Counted from the first letter of the stretch, positions 22,058-32,406 are shown. The stretch: DNA of 64,000 nucleotides from an uncultured Planctomycetota bacterium (GCA_963752285.1 CAVVXN010000005.1:1376001-1440000), one strand, 5' to 3'. Notes: a model not told the origin generated them from the letters alone. Translations and numbers: made by a program.

Positions 22058-22491
22058 GAGCTCCTCAGGCGTCGCACAGCCGCGGCGACGGTGCGGCCGT
22101 CCACGGCGGCGCCGACCGACCTCAGGTGCTTCATCGCGACCCCCGTGGCCTGTCCGTCGCTTCCCGCCGCGCGGACCTGCTCCACCACCGGCGCGAGCGC
22201 GTCCGCCGTGGCGTCCTCGTCGAGCGTGGCGGGCAGGAGCGTCGCGAGCGTCTCGTTCTCCCGCGCGAGGACGTCGCGTCGCGCGGCGTCGGTGGTCGCG
22301 GCCCGGGACTCCTCGTTCGACTTCACGAGCTTTCGAACGATCTGCTGGGACTCCTCGTCCGTCAGCTCCCGGCCCTCCCGCACGGCCGTGGCCTGGATTT
22401 CGCCGAGGGCGACCTTCAACACGTTCTTCACGAGCGGCTCGCCCGCCTTCATCGCCTCCAGCATGCGAGCGCGGATCACGTCACGCAGCAC
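22054..22491 (-). CDS. GatB/YqeY domain protein
   Basis: AMKA...LGEIQ...LTDEE...RKLVK...E..L..LLP; GGAGG before GTG 22491. Confidence 0.82.
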   Translation of the reverse strand: MLRDVIRARMLEAMKAGEPLVKNVLKVALGEIQATAVREGRELTDEESQQIVRKLVKSNEESRAATTDAARRDVLARENETLATLLPATLDEDATADALAPVVEQVRAAGSDGQATGVAMKHLRSVGAAVDGRTVAAAVRRLRSS

Positions 22492-22704
22492 GAACCGCCT
22501 CCCGACCCCGCGAATCCCCGAACGGGCGGATCGTCGGGCCCGCACGATGCTATCGCCGCCACGGGCGGACGCCCGCGAGCGCCGTCCGCCGGCGGGGGCG
22601 GGGACCCGGCGACCGGACCTCGGTCTCGGCCGTCCCGGGAGAGCGCCGCGGGCGCGGTTGCGCTATGCTCCTTCCCGGAGGAGCCGGCGCGGGAGGCCGA
22701 TCTC

Positions 22705-23256
22705 TTGGTCAAGAAGGACACGCCGCTGCACCAGGTCCTCTTCCGCCTCGCCGCGCGGGCGCCGGCGCTGGACCGGGCCGCCGTGATGCAGCGTCTGTGC
22801 ACGGCCATCGCGAACAACCTCGGGGCCGTCGCGTGCTCGATCCACGGGGACGTGAGCGGCTGGCCCGTCGTCACGGCCGCTCCCGTGCGCGAGATCGAGC
22901 AGATGGACCCCCTCGACCGCGCCCGGAGGGAGACCATCGAGGCCCGGCTCGTGAAGGAGACCTTCGCGCGGGACGGCATGATCAGCGCGCTCGACCTCGA
23001 GGGCCGCCAGGAGGTCGAGGCCTTCTTCCAGCGCACGCTGGGCATCATCGACATCTTCGCCTTCCCCCTCCGCGAGGGGGGGGAGACCCGGGGCGTCCTC
23101 GTCGTCTACCTCTCGCTCGACTCCGACCCGCTCTCCGACGGCGACGTCCACGGCCTGCTCGCGTGTGGAGAGCTCGTCGGCATGGCGGGCACCGGGTATC
23201 CCGACGACCCCACGCCGGCCTCCGAGCCCGGGGAGGGCGGCGCGAGCCGGCCGTAG
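22705..23256 (+). CDS. Stand-alone GAF-like domain protein
   Basis: LCTAIANNLGAVACSI...IFAFPLREGGETRGVLVVY; GGAGG before TTG. Confidence 0.6.
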   Translation: MVKKDTPLHQVLFRLAARAPALDRAAVMQRLCTAIANNLGAVACSIHGDVSGWPVVTAAPVREIEQMDPLDRARRETIEARLVKETFARDGMISALDLEGRQEVEAFFQRTLGIIDIFAFPLREGGETRGVLVVYLSLDSDPLSDGDVHGLLACGELVGMAGTGYPDDPTPASEPGEGGASRP

Positions 23257-23347
23257 CGCGCACCCGCGCGCCCCGGCGCCCCCCCGGCCCGGAGCCCGGT
23301 CCCGGACGCGCGGCGCCGGACGCGCGCCCGTCCGTCCCGCTCGGCGC

Positions 23348-26300
23348 CTACCGGCCCGCGAAGAGGACGCCGTAGCGACGCTCGGGGAACGCATAGGACG
23401 TGGGCCCCCCCTCGGCGGCGGCGGCGCCGACCCGCACCCGGACGAGCTGCTGCTCGTTCTCGTCCGCGGCGGGCCCGAACGAGAAGTAGAGACGGGCGCC
23501 GGTCGAGTCGAAGCCCATCTCCGGCCCCGCGCGTCCCCGCTCGCCGGTGAGCGCGCGAAACGTCGGCTCGCCCCTAAGCTCGCCGGTCGCGGGGTCGAGG
23601 TCGATCCCCGTGACGATCGCGACCTTCTCGCGGTAGTACGCGACCGTGCCGCCGTCTCCGTAGACGAACGCCACCGCGCCGCCGCCCGGCGCGACCTCGA
23701 CGTAGACGACCGGCCGACTCGCGGCGCTCGACGCCGGGCCCAGGCCCGGGACCGTGAGGAGCGACACCGGTCCGCCGAGGTCGGCGTCGAAGACGGCGAC
23801 GTGTCCGTTCACGTGGCCCGCGTCGCCGTACGCCGTGTCGCGCACGGGACCCCCCGCCTCGTACGGCTCGTCGGCGTCCCCGACGGAGAGCGGCCCCTGT
23901 CGCTGCTCGTGGGTCACGAAGAACACCCGGCCCGTACCGGCGCCGAGCACCTGAAGCCCCGCGCCCGTCGCGCCACCGGGCGCGTGCTGGCCGTAGTACG
24001 CGGGCGAGGTCGCGTCGTACCGCGCGCTCCCGATCCCGACGTACGACCACGGCCCGTCGCCGTACCGTGGCAAGAACCCGCGGCGCCCCGGCATGCCGGC
24101 CACCCGGAACGCCCTTCCGTCCGGGTGCCCGCCGATCGAACGCGAGCCGTCGAGGCTCCGGACGGGGACGCCGAGCAGGGCGTGGTCCGACGGGTCCTCC
24201 TCCGAGAGCGCGCCCGCGTTCACGAGGTAGAGGAAGCAGCCGTTCGGGGAGACGAAGCCCCCGACCGGCTTCACGACGCCGCCCGCGGCGCTCCACGCCG
24301 CGGTCGGGCCGAGGACGGGGTGCGCGGCGTCGTGGACCGCGCCGGCCCCTTCGGACGCGCCGCCGTCCCGTGCGTCGAGGATCGACACGACCTGCCCGCG
24401 CCCCGGGTCGTACGCGTAGAGGGTGCCCACGTAGGACTTCGCGCGGTGACGGCCCGCGATCGCGTCGGGCTCGGTCGCCGCGGGCCCCGCCGCGGAGAAC
24501 CCGCCCCAGAAGAACAGCCCCCCGCCCTCGCGGGCGAACGCGAGCGCCCCGAAGCGCCAGACCGTGGGGCCGGAGAACACCGGCGCCGCGCCCGACTCCG
24601 AGCCGGTGACCTGCGCCTCGACGACACCCGACGACCACGATGCGCCGTCGGCGGCGCGAAGGAGGACCACGTCGTCGCGCGCGAGCGGCCCGGCGTCCGC
24701 CCCGCCGCCGTCGCCATCGAGGCGCGCGGCCCGGCTCACGACGAGCGCGAGGGAGAGCCCGTCGTCCGAGATCTCGAGCGACGGCGTCGGACCGCTCCGG
24801 GATCCCGCGTCGAGCCGGGGGAAGATTTCGGGACCGTCCCGGAGCGCGTACCCGCGCCCGCCCCCGCGCGGCACGCGTCGGGGCGTCCCGCTCGCCGGGT
24901 AGAGCGTGCCGTCCTGATCGACCCACGCGCGGTACCTGCGGACGTCGGGCCCCTCCGTTCCGCTCGGCGCGGGCGCGGCGAGGATCGCGATCGAGCGCCC
25001 GTCGGCGCTCACCCGGAACGGATGCGAGGCGAGCGAGGTCTCCGTCGCGTCGTAGCCGCCGCGGCCGACCATCGAGCGACCGGGGCGGTTCGGACCCTCC
25101 GTGAAGGGCTCGACGTAGCGCTCGAAGGGCGTCTGAAGCGCCCGGCCCGGCGCGTTCGTCCAGCCCTCGTACGCGTCCGGCTCGAGGAGCGCGCCCGCGC
25201 TCCCCGACGAGAGGATCTCGATCCTGTAGACGTGGTGCTCCTTCCACGACCACGAGGCCACGTCGCCGCCCGCCGCGAGGACGTAGGCGAAACGGTCGGT
25301 CAGCGCGAGGCTCGAAGCGAACGCGACGCGTCCCTCCGCGTCGCTCCCGTCGGACCCGACGTCCACGACGTGCCATTCCCGCCCGCCCCACGCGGCGGGC
25401 CGCTCCCCGGTGAGGGTGAAGAGCACGATCGGCGTGGTCTCGACGTTCTCCAGGCGGTCGTACGTCTGCGCGAGCTTCATCGCGGCGAAGCGCCCGTCGG
25501 GGCTCACCGCCATCTCCGGGAGGTTCACGAGGCTGTGCGTGCCCTCGGACGACCAGGGCTGGCTCCAGGAGTCGCCGAAGCGCACCCAGGTCGTCTTCTC
25601 GAACGCGATGGGCACGTCGATCCGCCCGTCCCGTCGGATCACGAACACGCCGAACCGCTCCGCCGCGTCGAACACGAAGAGGCGGCCGCCCGACGCGTAC
25701 GTGCCGGTCGCGGGGTCGTCCACGACGTCCGGGCTCGTGCACGCGGGCAGCTCGACGGCCGTCGCGTCGGGCTGGCACGCGCCGAGGGTGGACGTGGTGA
25801 CGGTCGCCCCGACGTACCCCGTGCCCACGTACGGGACGTACGCGTTCCGGTCGCCGTGCTGGAGCGGGCGCGCCGCGCGCGGGTCGAGGCCGGTGACGTC
25901 GTCCCACCACCCGTTCGGGTTCACGGAGACGCGCAGGCAGTCGATGCCGGAGAGGAGCGTCGCGAGGTCCACGCCCTCGCCCGCGGGGGCCGGCACCTCG
26001 TGGGTCGCGGCGAGGTCCTGCGCGTCCGACGGATCGCGGAGGACCGCGCCGCTCGAGAACGGCTCGAGAACGCGGATCGAGGTGGCGGCGTCGTCGAGCC
26101 CCAGCGTGTCGGCGCCCGTGGCCGAAGACGAGGTCGTGGACTCGGTCACGATCACGACGTCGGGTCCCACCTCGAAGAGGACGGTGGCGCCGGCCACCTG
26201 GCGCGCCGCGAGGGGCAACGCCTCGTCCCGGGCCGTGAAGCGGATCTCCTGCGGCTGCTGCGGCACGAGCGCGTCGGGATCGGTCGCGCGCCACAGCCCG

Positions 26301-27823
26301 CGCTCCGCGTCGAGTTCCATCGCGGGCACGGGGTCGCGCCCGCCGTCGTGGTCGGGATCGAGGTCCACGGACCACGTGTACCCCCCGTCGGTCTCCCCGC
26401 CCTCCCCCCCGCCCGAGAGGCGCAGGGCCTCGGACTCGTGCGGCGCGTCCGTCCAGCCGTCCTTCCCGACGCCTCCCGTCGCGCGAAGCGACAGCCCCGG
26501 CGTCCCGCCGTCGGGGTCGTAGGGCACCGTGCGCTCCGCGGCGGGCAGGTGCGCGTACGGGGGCGCGGAGGAGAGCGTCCCCTCGGTCGTGAGGCCCGGG
26601 TCGAGCGCCAGGAGGGCGGCGGGCGCGAACGACAGGTCGAAGGTGCGCCACGCGTGCTGGCCGTACGCGTCCGGCAGCACGGTGCTCCTCACGTGCGCGT
26701 GCACGCGAAAGGTCCCGCGACGCCGTGGGACGCCGTGCCACCGTCCGGTCGTCTCGACGAGCCGGAGCCCTTCGGGCGGGGCGCCCGGCGCGGCCGTCCG
26801 GTAGTCGGGCCCGGCGAGGTCCTCGGGCGGGTACACGGACGCGTCGATCCGCGTGAGCGCGTCCGGCGGATCGACGAGCGGCGGTCCGCCCGGCTCGTAC
26901 ACGACGTCGGCCGTCATCGGCGCGCGCGCGACCGTGTAGTCGTCCGCGGGCGCCGCGCGAACGAGCTCCCGCCAAAACGGCGGCACGCCGCCCTGCACGA
27001 CGATGTCCGCCTCGTACGGCGCGCCTGCGACGCCGTCCGGCAGCGCGGCCGTCACGAACGAGACGGGCGGCGTGTCCACCGTCCACCGGACGGTGAGCCG
27101 CCCCGACCGTCCGCGGGCGTCGGTCGCCTCCAGCGTGAACGTGAACGCGCCGCCCCCCGGCCCGACCTCGACCGGCGCGCCGACGAGGGCGGTCGAGCCG
27201 GCGGGGATCGCGACGCCCAGCGGCAAGGCACCCCCGTCGCCCGACGCGTCGCCGGAAACGACGGCCAGCCGGTACGGCGGTTCCCCGCCCGCGACCACGA
27301 CGGAGACGACGGTCCACTCGTCGTACACCACGGGATCGAGGACCGGGAGCGCGCCCACGGGCGCGTCGTCGGAGGGCCAGGCGAGGGCGGAGGCGCCGTT
27401 CCTCGTCGCGCCGACGATCGCCACGTCGCCCGGCTCGACGGCGACGCGCCACGTCGCGACGCACGACAGGAACGGGTGGGCGCCCAGGTCGAGCACCTCC
27501 AGCGTGAACTGGTAGAGGCCGTCCAAGAGGAGCGTGCCCTCGATCGCGGGCGGGTCGCGCGCGAGGGAGAGGCCGGGCGGGAGCGCGCCCGCGATCCGCC
27601 GCACGAGGTACGGTCCGCCCGCGCCGCCCGAGATCCGGAGGGGCCAGCGGACCCGCTGGCCCGAACGGCACGGCCCGAGCCCGGTACTCGTGACCTGGAA
27701 CGATCCCGAAGGGACCCCCGTCGCGCCCGGCGGCCCGCACGCGACGAGCGTGGCCAGCGCCAGGAGGGGGATCGGCGCGAGACACCGCGCGAAACACCGC
27801 GCGAGGAGGCGAAGACGGCGCAT
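23348..27823 (-). CDS. Large (1491 aa) surface lipoprotein with He_PIG-like Ig repeats and a beta-propeller-like C-terminus
   Basis: Lipobox LVA-C; LPPGLSL..IEGT, FTFTLEATD, LPDGVAGAPY...GGVPPF; SPDGRF/SADGR propeller motifs. Confidence 0.75.
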   Translation of the reverse strand: MRRLRLLARCFARCLAPIPLLALATLVACGPPGATGVPSGSFQVTSTGLGPCRSGQRVRWPLRISGGAGGPYLVRRIAGALPPGLSLARDPPAIEGTLLLDGLYQFTLEVLDLGAHPFLSCVATWRVAVEPGDVAIVGATRNGASALAWPSDDAPVGALPVLDPVVYDEWTVVSVVVAGGEPPYRLAVVSGDASGDGGALPLGVAIPAGSTALVGAPVEVGPGGGAFTFTLEATDARGRSGRLTVRWTVDTPPVSFVTAALPDGVAGAPYEADIVVQGGVPPFWRELVRAAPADDYTVARAPMTADVVYEPGGPPLVDPPDALTRIDASVYPPEDLAGPDYRTAAPGAPPEGLRLVETTGRWHGVPRRRGTFRVHAHVRSTVLPDAYGQHAWRTFDLSFAPAALLALDPGLTTEGTLSSAPPYAHLPAAERTVPYDPDGGTPGLSLRATGGVGKDGWTDAPHESEALRLSGGGEGGETDGGYTWSVDLDPDHDGGRDPVPAMELDAERGLWRATDPDALVPQQPQEIRFTARDEALPLAARQVAGATVLFEVGPDVVIVTESTTSSSATGADTLGLDDAATSIRVLEPFSSGAVLRDPSDAQDLAATHEVPAPAGEGVDLATLLSGIDCLRVSVNPNGWWDDVTGLDPRAARPLQHGDRNAYVPYVGTGYVGATVTTSTLGACQPDATAVELPACTSPDVVDDPATGTYASGGRLFVFDAAERFGVFVIRRDGRIDVPIAFEKTTWVRFGDSWSQPWSSEGTHSLVNLPEMAVSPDGRFAAMKLAQTYDRLENVETTPIVLFTLTGERPAAWGGREWHVVDVGSDGSDAEGRVAFASSLALTDRFAYVLAAGGDVASWSWKEHHVYRIEILSSGSAGALLEPDAYEGWTNAPGRALQTPFERYVEPFTEGPNRPGRSMVGRGGYDATETSLASHPFRVSADGRSIAILAAPAPSGTEGPDVRRYRAWVDQDGTLYPASGTPRRVPRGGGRGYALRDGPEIFPRLDAGSRSGPTPSLEISDDGLSLALVVSRAARLDGDGGGADAGPLARDDVVLLRAADGASWSSGVVEAQVTGSESGAAPVFSGPTVWRFGALAFAREGGGLFFWGGFSAAGPAATEPDAIAGRHRAKSYVGTLYAYDPGRGQVVSILDARDGGASEGAGAVHDAAHPVLGPTAAWSAAGGVVKPVGGFVSPNGCFLYLVNAGALSEEDPSDHALLGVPVRSLDGSRSIGGHPDGRAFRVAGMPGRRGFLPRYGDGPWSYVGIGSARYDATSPAYYGQHAPGGATGAGLQVLGAGTGRVFFVTHEQRQGPLSVGDADEPYEAGGPVRDTAYGDAGHVNGHVAVFDADLGGPVSLLTVPGLGPASSAASRPVVYVEVAPGGGAVAFVYGDGGTVAYYREKVAIVTGIDLDPATGELRGEPTFRALTGERGRAGPEMGFDSTGARLYFSFGPAADENEQQLVRVRVGAAAAEGGPTSYAFPERRYGVLFAGR

Positions 27824-27877
27824 GGAGGCTCCGGAGAGGCAGGGGCTGCCTCCCCATCGCGCGAGCCCCCCGCCCGG

Positions 27878-29302
27878 TCACGTCGTGCGGTCGTTCCTCC
27901 CCGCCCCGCCGAGGCGCGACCGCCAACGCCGCGTCTCGCGGCGCACGTTCGCCGGCGCCGTGCCCCCGACGGCGCGGCGTGCGGCGACGGCGGCCTCCGG
28001 CGTGAGCGCGCGCCGCACGTCGGGAGAGAGCCTCGGGTGGACCGCGCACAGCACGTCGTCCGGGAGGTCCGCGAGCCCGACCCCGCGGCGTTCCGCCTCC
28101 CCCACGAGACGCGCCACGGCGGCGTGCGCCTCGCGGAACGGGACCCCCTGACGGACCAGCCAGTCCGCCGCCTCCGTCGCGAGGAGGTGCCCCCGCGGGT
28201 CGAGGACCGCGGCCCGCATGCGCCCCACGTCGAACGTCACGTCCTCGGCCATCGCCGACGCCACGTCGAGCATCGCCTCCAGCGCGTCCTCGGCCTGGAA
28301 CAGGTGGACCTTGTCCTCCTGGAGGTCCTTCGCGTAGCCGAGGGGGAGGCCGCGCACGAGCTCGAGGAGCGCCGCCTCCGCCTGCTGCACCCGGATGGCC
28401 TGCGCGCGGAGCAGCTCCGCGCCGTCCGGGTTCCGCTTCTGCGGCATGATGCTCGAGCCGGTCGAGACCGCGTCGCCGAGGCGCGCGAACCCGAACTCCG
28501 CGCTGGTCCACAGCACGAGCTCCGCGCCGAACCGAGAGAGCGTCGTGGCGAGGCGCGCCATCGCCCCGGCGAACGCCGTCGCCTCCTGGCGCCCGGACAC
28601 GGACGCGAGGCTGTTCGGCGACGGCCGCGCGAAGCCCAGCGCACGCGCGGTGTCCTTCCGGTCCACCGGGTACGCGACGCCGGCGCCGGCGCCGCTGCCG
28701 AGCGGGCACTCCAGCAGGGGGACGGCGAGCCCCGCGCGGTCCCTGTCGAGCATCTCGACGTACGCGAGGAGCACGTGTCCGAGCAGCACGGGCTGGGCGC
28801 GTTGCAGGTGCGTGTAGAAGGGGAGGATCGCTGCGCCGTCCCGCTCCGCCAGGGTCACGAGCGCGCGTTCGAGCGCGCGGGTCCGCTCGGCCAGGCGCTC
28901 CGACACGGCGCGGAGGTGGAGCAGGAGGTCGGTGGCCACCTGGTCGTTCCGGCTGCGCGCGGTGTGGAGGCGCTTCCCGTCCTCGCCCACGAGCTCCGTG
29001 AGCCGCCGCTCGACGGCCATGTGGACGTCCTCGTCCTCCGGACGCGCGACGAACCGACCCGACGAGAGCTCCGCCGCGACGGCGTCGAGGCCGTCGAGGA
29101 TCCGGCGGACCGCGCCGGCCTCCAGGATCCCGGCGCGCCCGAGCATCGACACGTGCGCGCGGGAGCCCGCGACGTCCTCGGCCCAGAGCCGACGGTCCAC
29201 GTCGAACGACCGGTTCACCCGGTCGAGCGCGGGATGCACCGACTTCGCGAGCCGTCCGCGGGCGAGGCCGCCGCCGTCCGCCCGCCTCCGCTTCCCGCTC
29301 AT
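27878..29302 (-). CDS. argH: Argininosuccinate lyase
   Basis: EDVHM..E, LHTARSRNDQV, THLQRAQP, GSSIMPQKRNPD, KDLQEDK. Confidence 0.96.
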   Translation of the reverse strand: MSGKRRRADGGGLARGRLAKSVHPALDRVNRSFDVDRRLWAEDVAGSRAHVSMLGRAGILEAGAVRRILDGLDAVAAELSSGRFVARPEDEDVHMAVERRLTELVGEDGKRLHTARSRNDQVATDLLLHLRAVSERLAERTRALERALVTLAERDGAAILPFYTHLQRAQPVLLGHVLLAYVEMLDRDRAGLAVPLLECPLGSGAGAGVAYPVDRKDTARALGFARPSPNSLASVSGRQEATAFAGAMARLATTLSRFGAELVLWTSAEFGFARLGDAVSTGSSIMPQKRNPDGAELLRAQAIRVQQAEAALLELVRGLPLGYAKDLQEDKVHLFQAEDALEAMLDVASAMAEDVTFDVGRMRAAVLDPRGHLLATEAADWLVRQGVPFREAHAAVARLVGEAERRGVGLADLPDDVLCAVHPRLSPDVRRALTPEAAVAARRAVGGTAPANVRRETRRWRSRLGGAGRNDRTT

Positions 29303-30381
29303 CGCGCGTCCTCCCCCGCGCCGCCGGCGCCGAGCCACGCCTCGACGATCTCGCGGTACGCGCGCGCCGCGAGCCGCACCTGCTCCACGGCGACGGACTC
29401 GTCGGGCGCGTGGCTCTGGTCGCTCGTCCCCGGGCCCATCACGACGCCGGGCACGTGACGCACGTGGTAGAGGTCGGAGACCCCGCCGAAGCCGCGGACG
29501 CGCCCGGTGGGGCTCGCCCCCCGGGCCACCTCGAGGATCCGCGCGTCGTCCCGGGTGCGGACGGGCTCGAACCGACGGCTCTTCACCTCCACGTCCGACG
29601 CCGCCACGGAGCGGATGCGCGCGAGCATCTCGTCGTTTCCGCAGCCGGGCGTGGTGCGCCCGTCGAGGTCCACGACGCACTCGCCGGGGACGACGTTCGC
29701 CCGCGTGCCGCCGTGGATCACCGTGGAGACCAGCGTCGCCGGGCCGAGGAGCGGGTCGGCCTCGCCGAGGTCGATCTCGGTGAGGCGGACGACGTCCCGC
29801 GCGGCCTTCTCGATCGCGTTCTCGCCCTCCCACGGCCGCGACGCGTGGCACGCGCGGCCGCGCGCGACGAGCCGCGCGCGGAGCAGCCCGCGCTGACCGG
29901 GGCACACGTCGAGCCCGGTGGGCTCGCCGATCACGGCGGCGGAGAAGGCGGGCAGCGACGGCGCGAGCGCCTCGAGCCCCTCCCCGCCCGTCTCCTCGTC
30001 GCAGACGAGCGCGAGGACCAGCCGCCCCGCGAGCCGCGCCGGGTCCAGCTCCGCCACGGCAAAGGCCATCGCGGCGACGCTCGCCTTCGCGTCGTTCGCG
30101 CCGCGCCCGAAGACGCGTCCGTCCTCGAACGCGCCGTCCCACGGATCGCGCGTCCAGCCGGGCCCGACGGGGACGACGTCCGTGTGCGAGCAGAGGAGGA
30201 GGCCCTCGCCCGGGCCGAGGCCGCCCTCGAGGCGGGCGAGCACGTTCCGGCCGGACGCCTCGGCGGGCACGCCGCGCGCGCGAAGCCACGCGAGGAGGAG
30301 GTCCCGGCACGCGACCTCCTCGCCCGACACCGAGGGGATGCGAACGAGGCTCTGGAGGAGGTCCACGACGCCCTCGCTCAC
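29299..30381 (-). CDS. argE: M20 family deacylase (ArgE-like; acylcitrulline/acylornithine)
   Basis: SHTDVV, GRGANDAK, CDEE, GEPT, SHAPDE; within the arg operon. Confidence 0.82.
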   Translation of the reverse strand: MSEGVVDLLQSLVRIPSVSGEEVACRDLLLAWLRARGVPAEASGRNVLARLEGGLGPGEGLLLCSHTDVVPVGPGWTRDPWDGAFEDGRVFGRGANDAKASVAAMAFAVAELDPARLAGRLVLALVCDEETGGEGLEALAPSLPAFSAAVIGEPTGLDVCPGQRGLLRARLVARGRACHASRPWEGENAIEKAARDVVRLTEIDLGEADPLLGPATLVSTVIHGGTRANVVPGECVVDLDGRTTPGCGNDEMLARIRSVAASDVEVKSRRFEPVRTRDDARILEVARGASPTGRVRGFGGVSDLYHVRHVPGVVMGPGTSDQSHAPDESVAVEQVRLAARAYREIVEAWLGAGGAGEDAR

Positions 30382-31280
30382 ACGATCGTCCCGTCGGGGT
30401 CGGGCTCGATCAGCGTGCCCACGCCGGTCGCGGTGAAGAGCTCGAGGAGGAGCGCGTTCTCGTCGAGGCCCGACAGGATGTGGCCGGCCTCGACGCCGCC
30501 CGCCACGGCGTCCACGATCGTCTCGACCTTCGGGCGCATCCCGCCGACCACGCTGCCCGACGCGAGCGCCCGGCGCGCCTCCGAGACCGTGAGCCTCGAG
30601 ATCACGCTGGACGGGTCGTTCGCGTCCCGGAGCAGGCCGGGGACGCCCGTGAGGCTCAGGAGCTTCGCCGCGCCGAGGTCCTTCGCGATCACGGACGCGA
30701 CCGTGTCGGCGTTCACGTTCAGGACGTTCCCCTCGGCGTCGCCCGCGAGCGAGGAGACGACGGGCACGTAGTCGTGCTCGACGAGGAGCGAGAGGAGCGA
30801 GGTGTCCACGTGGGTCACGTCGCCGACGTGGCCGAAGTCCACCACCTGGCTCTCGCCGGTCTTCGGGTCCCGCACCTCGGTCGGGGGACGGCGCGTCGCA
30901 TGGAGGATGTCGCCGTCCACGCCCGAGAGGCCCACCGCGTGCACGCCCTGCGCGCGCAGCGCCGAGAGCAGGTCGAGGTTGATGCTCCCGGCGAACACCA
31001 TCTTCGCGACGTCCAGCGTGGCCTCGTCCGTGATGCGGCGGCCCTGCACGAGCTTCGGCTCGAGCCCGAGCCGCCGGGACAGCTCCGTCGCCTGCGGGCC
31101 GCCGCCGTGCACGACGACGAGCCGGATGTTCACGTGGGCGAGGAGCGAGACCTCCTGCGCGAACGAGAGGAGCGCGGACGGGTTCGCGGCGATCTCGCCG
31201 CCGAGCTTCACGACCATCTTCCGGCGGCGGTGGCGCCGCAGGAACGGCAGGGCCTCCTTCAGCAGCGAGACGTCCCTCAC
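30378..31280 (-). CDS. argB: Acetyl(acyl)glutamate kinase
   Basis: VVKLGG, VVHGGGPQ, GRRITD, NVNAD, GGMRPK. Confidence 0.94.
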   Translation of the reverse strand: MRDVSLLKEALPFLRRHRRRKMVVKLGGEIAANPSALLSFAQEVSLLAHVNIRLVVVHGGGPQATELSRRLGLEPKLVQGRRITDEATLDVAKMVFAGSINLDLLSALRAQGVHAVGLSGVDGDILHATRRPPTEVRDPKTGESQVVDFGHVGDVTHVDTSLLSLLVEHDYVPVVSSLAGDAEGNVLNVNADTVASVIAKDLGAAKLLSLTGVPGLLRDANDPSSVISRLTVSEARRALASGSVVGGMRPKVETIVDAVAGGVEAGHILSGLDENALLLELFTATGVGTLIEPDPDGTIV

Positions 31281-32311
31281 GAGCCCACCTCCACGCCGAG
31301 CGCGCGGCAGAGCGTGGCCTTCTGCACGTCGAGACGCGCCCCCGCCTCCGCGATCACCAGGCTCGCCTTCGAGTCGAGCACCTCGTCCGTCACGACCACG
31401 CCGCGACGCACGGGGAGGCAGTGGAGGAACACCGCGTCGTCCGTGTCGGCCATGGCCCGCGCGTCCACGATCCAGTCCCGCCGCGCCGCCAGGTCCCGGC
31501 GCGCCGCGTCGAGGTCGCCGTAGCGGCCGCGCGCGCCCCACGACTTCGCGTAGACCACGTGCGCGCCGCGAAGGCCGGCGCCGCGCGTGGTCGTCGTCTC
31601 GACGCGTCCGCCCGCCTCCCGCGCGCGGCGCTCGGCGTCGGCGAGCACCTCCTCGTCGAGCTCGTAGCCCGGCGGGTGCTCGACGACGACCTCGTGGCCG
31701 TCCGTCGCGAAGGCGAGGAGCGCGGCGTGCGGCACCGCGAGGGGCAGCGGGTTCACGTGCGGCGCCCAGCGGATCGCGACCCGGACCTTCCGGCCGCCGA
31801 ACCGGCGTCGGACCGTCAACGCGTCCGCGAGGCCCTGGTGCGGGTGGTCCATCGCCGACTCGAGGCTCAGGACGGGGACGCGCGAGGCCGCGGCCACGCT
31901 CCGGATCACGGGATCGCGCCGGTCCTCCGCGGCGTCCTCGAGCCGCGCGAAGCTCCGGACCCCCAGGAGGTCGAGCATCGTGCCGAGCACGGGGATCCCC
32001 TCCTTCACGTGCTCGGCCGCGTCGCCGTCCATCACCACGCCGTCCCGGTACTCGAGCCGCCAGAGGCCCTGCCCCACCTGGAGGTGCACCGCGTGCGCGC
32101 CGAGGTCCAGGCTCGCGACCTCGAACGCGACGCGCGTGCGGAGCGACGACTGGAAGAACACCATCCCGAGCCGGCGTCCGGACAGGAGCGGCGCGCGACC
32201 GCGCGGTCCCGCGAGGACCTCGGCGTCGGAGAGCAGTCCGCGAAACTCCGCGGCGTCCACGTCGCGGAGCGAGAGGAGATGGCGGAGCGGGAGCGGGGCG
32301 GGGGCGGTCAC
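31277..32311 (-). CDS. argF: N-acylornithine carbamoyltransferase (ArgF' class; SOTCase-like)
   Basis: SLRTR, MDGDAAEH, HPHQ, WAPH..PLP.AV, YAKSWG, HCLPVRR. Confidence 0.9.
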   Translation of the reverse strand: MTAPAPLPLRHLLSLRDVDAAEFRGLLSDAEVLAGPRGRAPLLSGRRLGMVFFQSSLRTRVAFEVASLDLGAHAVHLQVGQGLWRLEYRDGVVMDGDAAEHVKEGIPVLGTMLDLLGVRSFARLEDAAEDRRDPVIRSVAAASRVPVLSLESAMDHPHQGLADALTVRRRFGGRKVRVAIRWAPHVNPLPLAVPHAALLAFATDGHEVVVEHPPGYELDEEVLADAERRAREAGGRVETTTTRGAGLRGAHVVYAKSWGARGRYGDLDAARRDLAARRDWIVDARAMADTDDAVFLHCLPVRRGVVVTDEVLDSKASLVIAEAGARLDVQKATLCRALGVEVGS

Positions 32312-32406
32312 GGTCGCGAAACCTTACCGGCGGGCGGGCGGCGGCGGGAGCCCCGAAGCGATCTCGTCGTCGCGCGCGTCGCGAGGGCGCGCACGGGGGG
32401 CCTCGG

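Noticed and set aside
23165..29458. 2097-aa plus-strand ORF and other giant ORFs (57756-63203, 58024-63630, 48391-52644, 35890-39930, 23574-28709)
   Set aside because: Arg/Gly/Pro-rich shadow frames overlapping well-supported genes; expected at very high GC where stop codons are scarce
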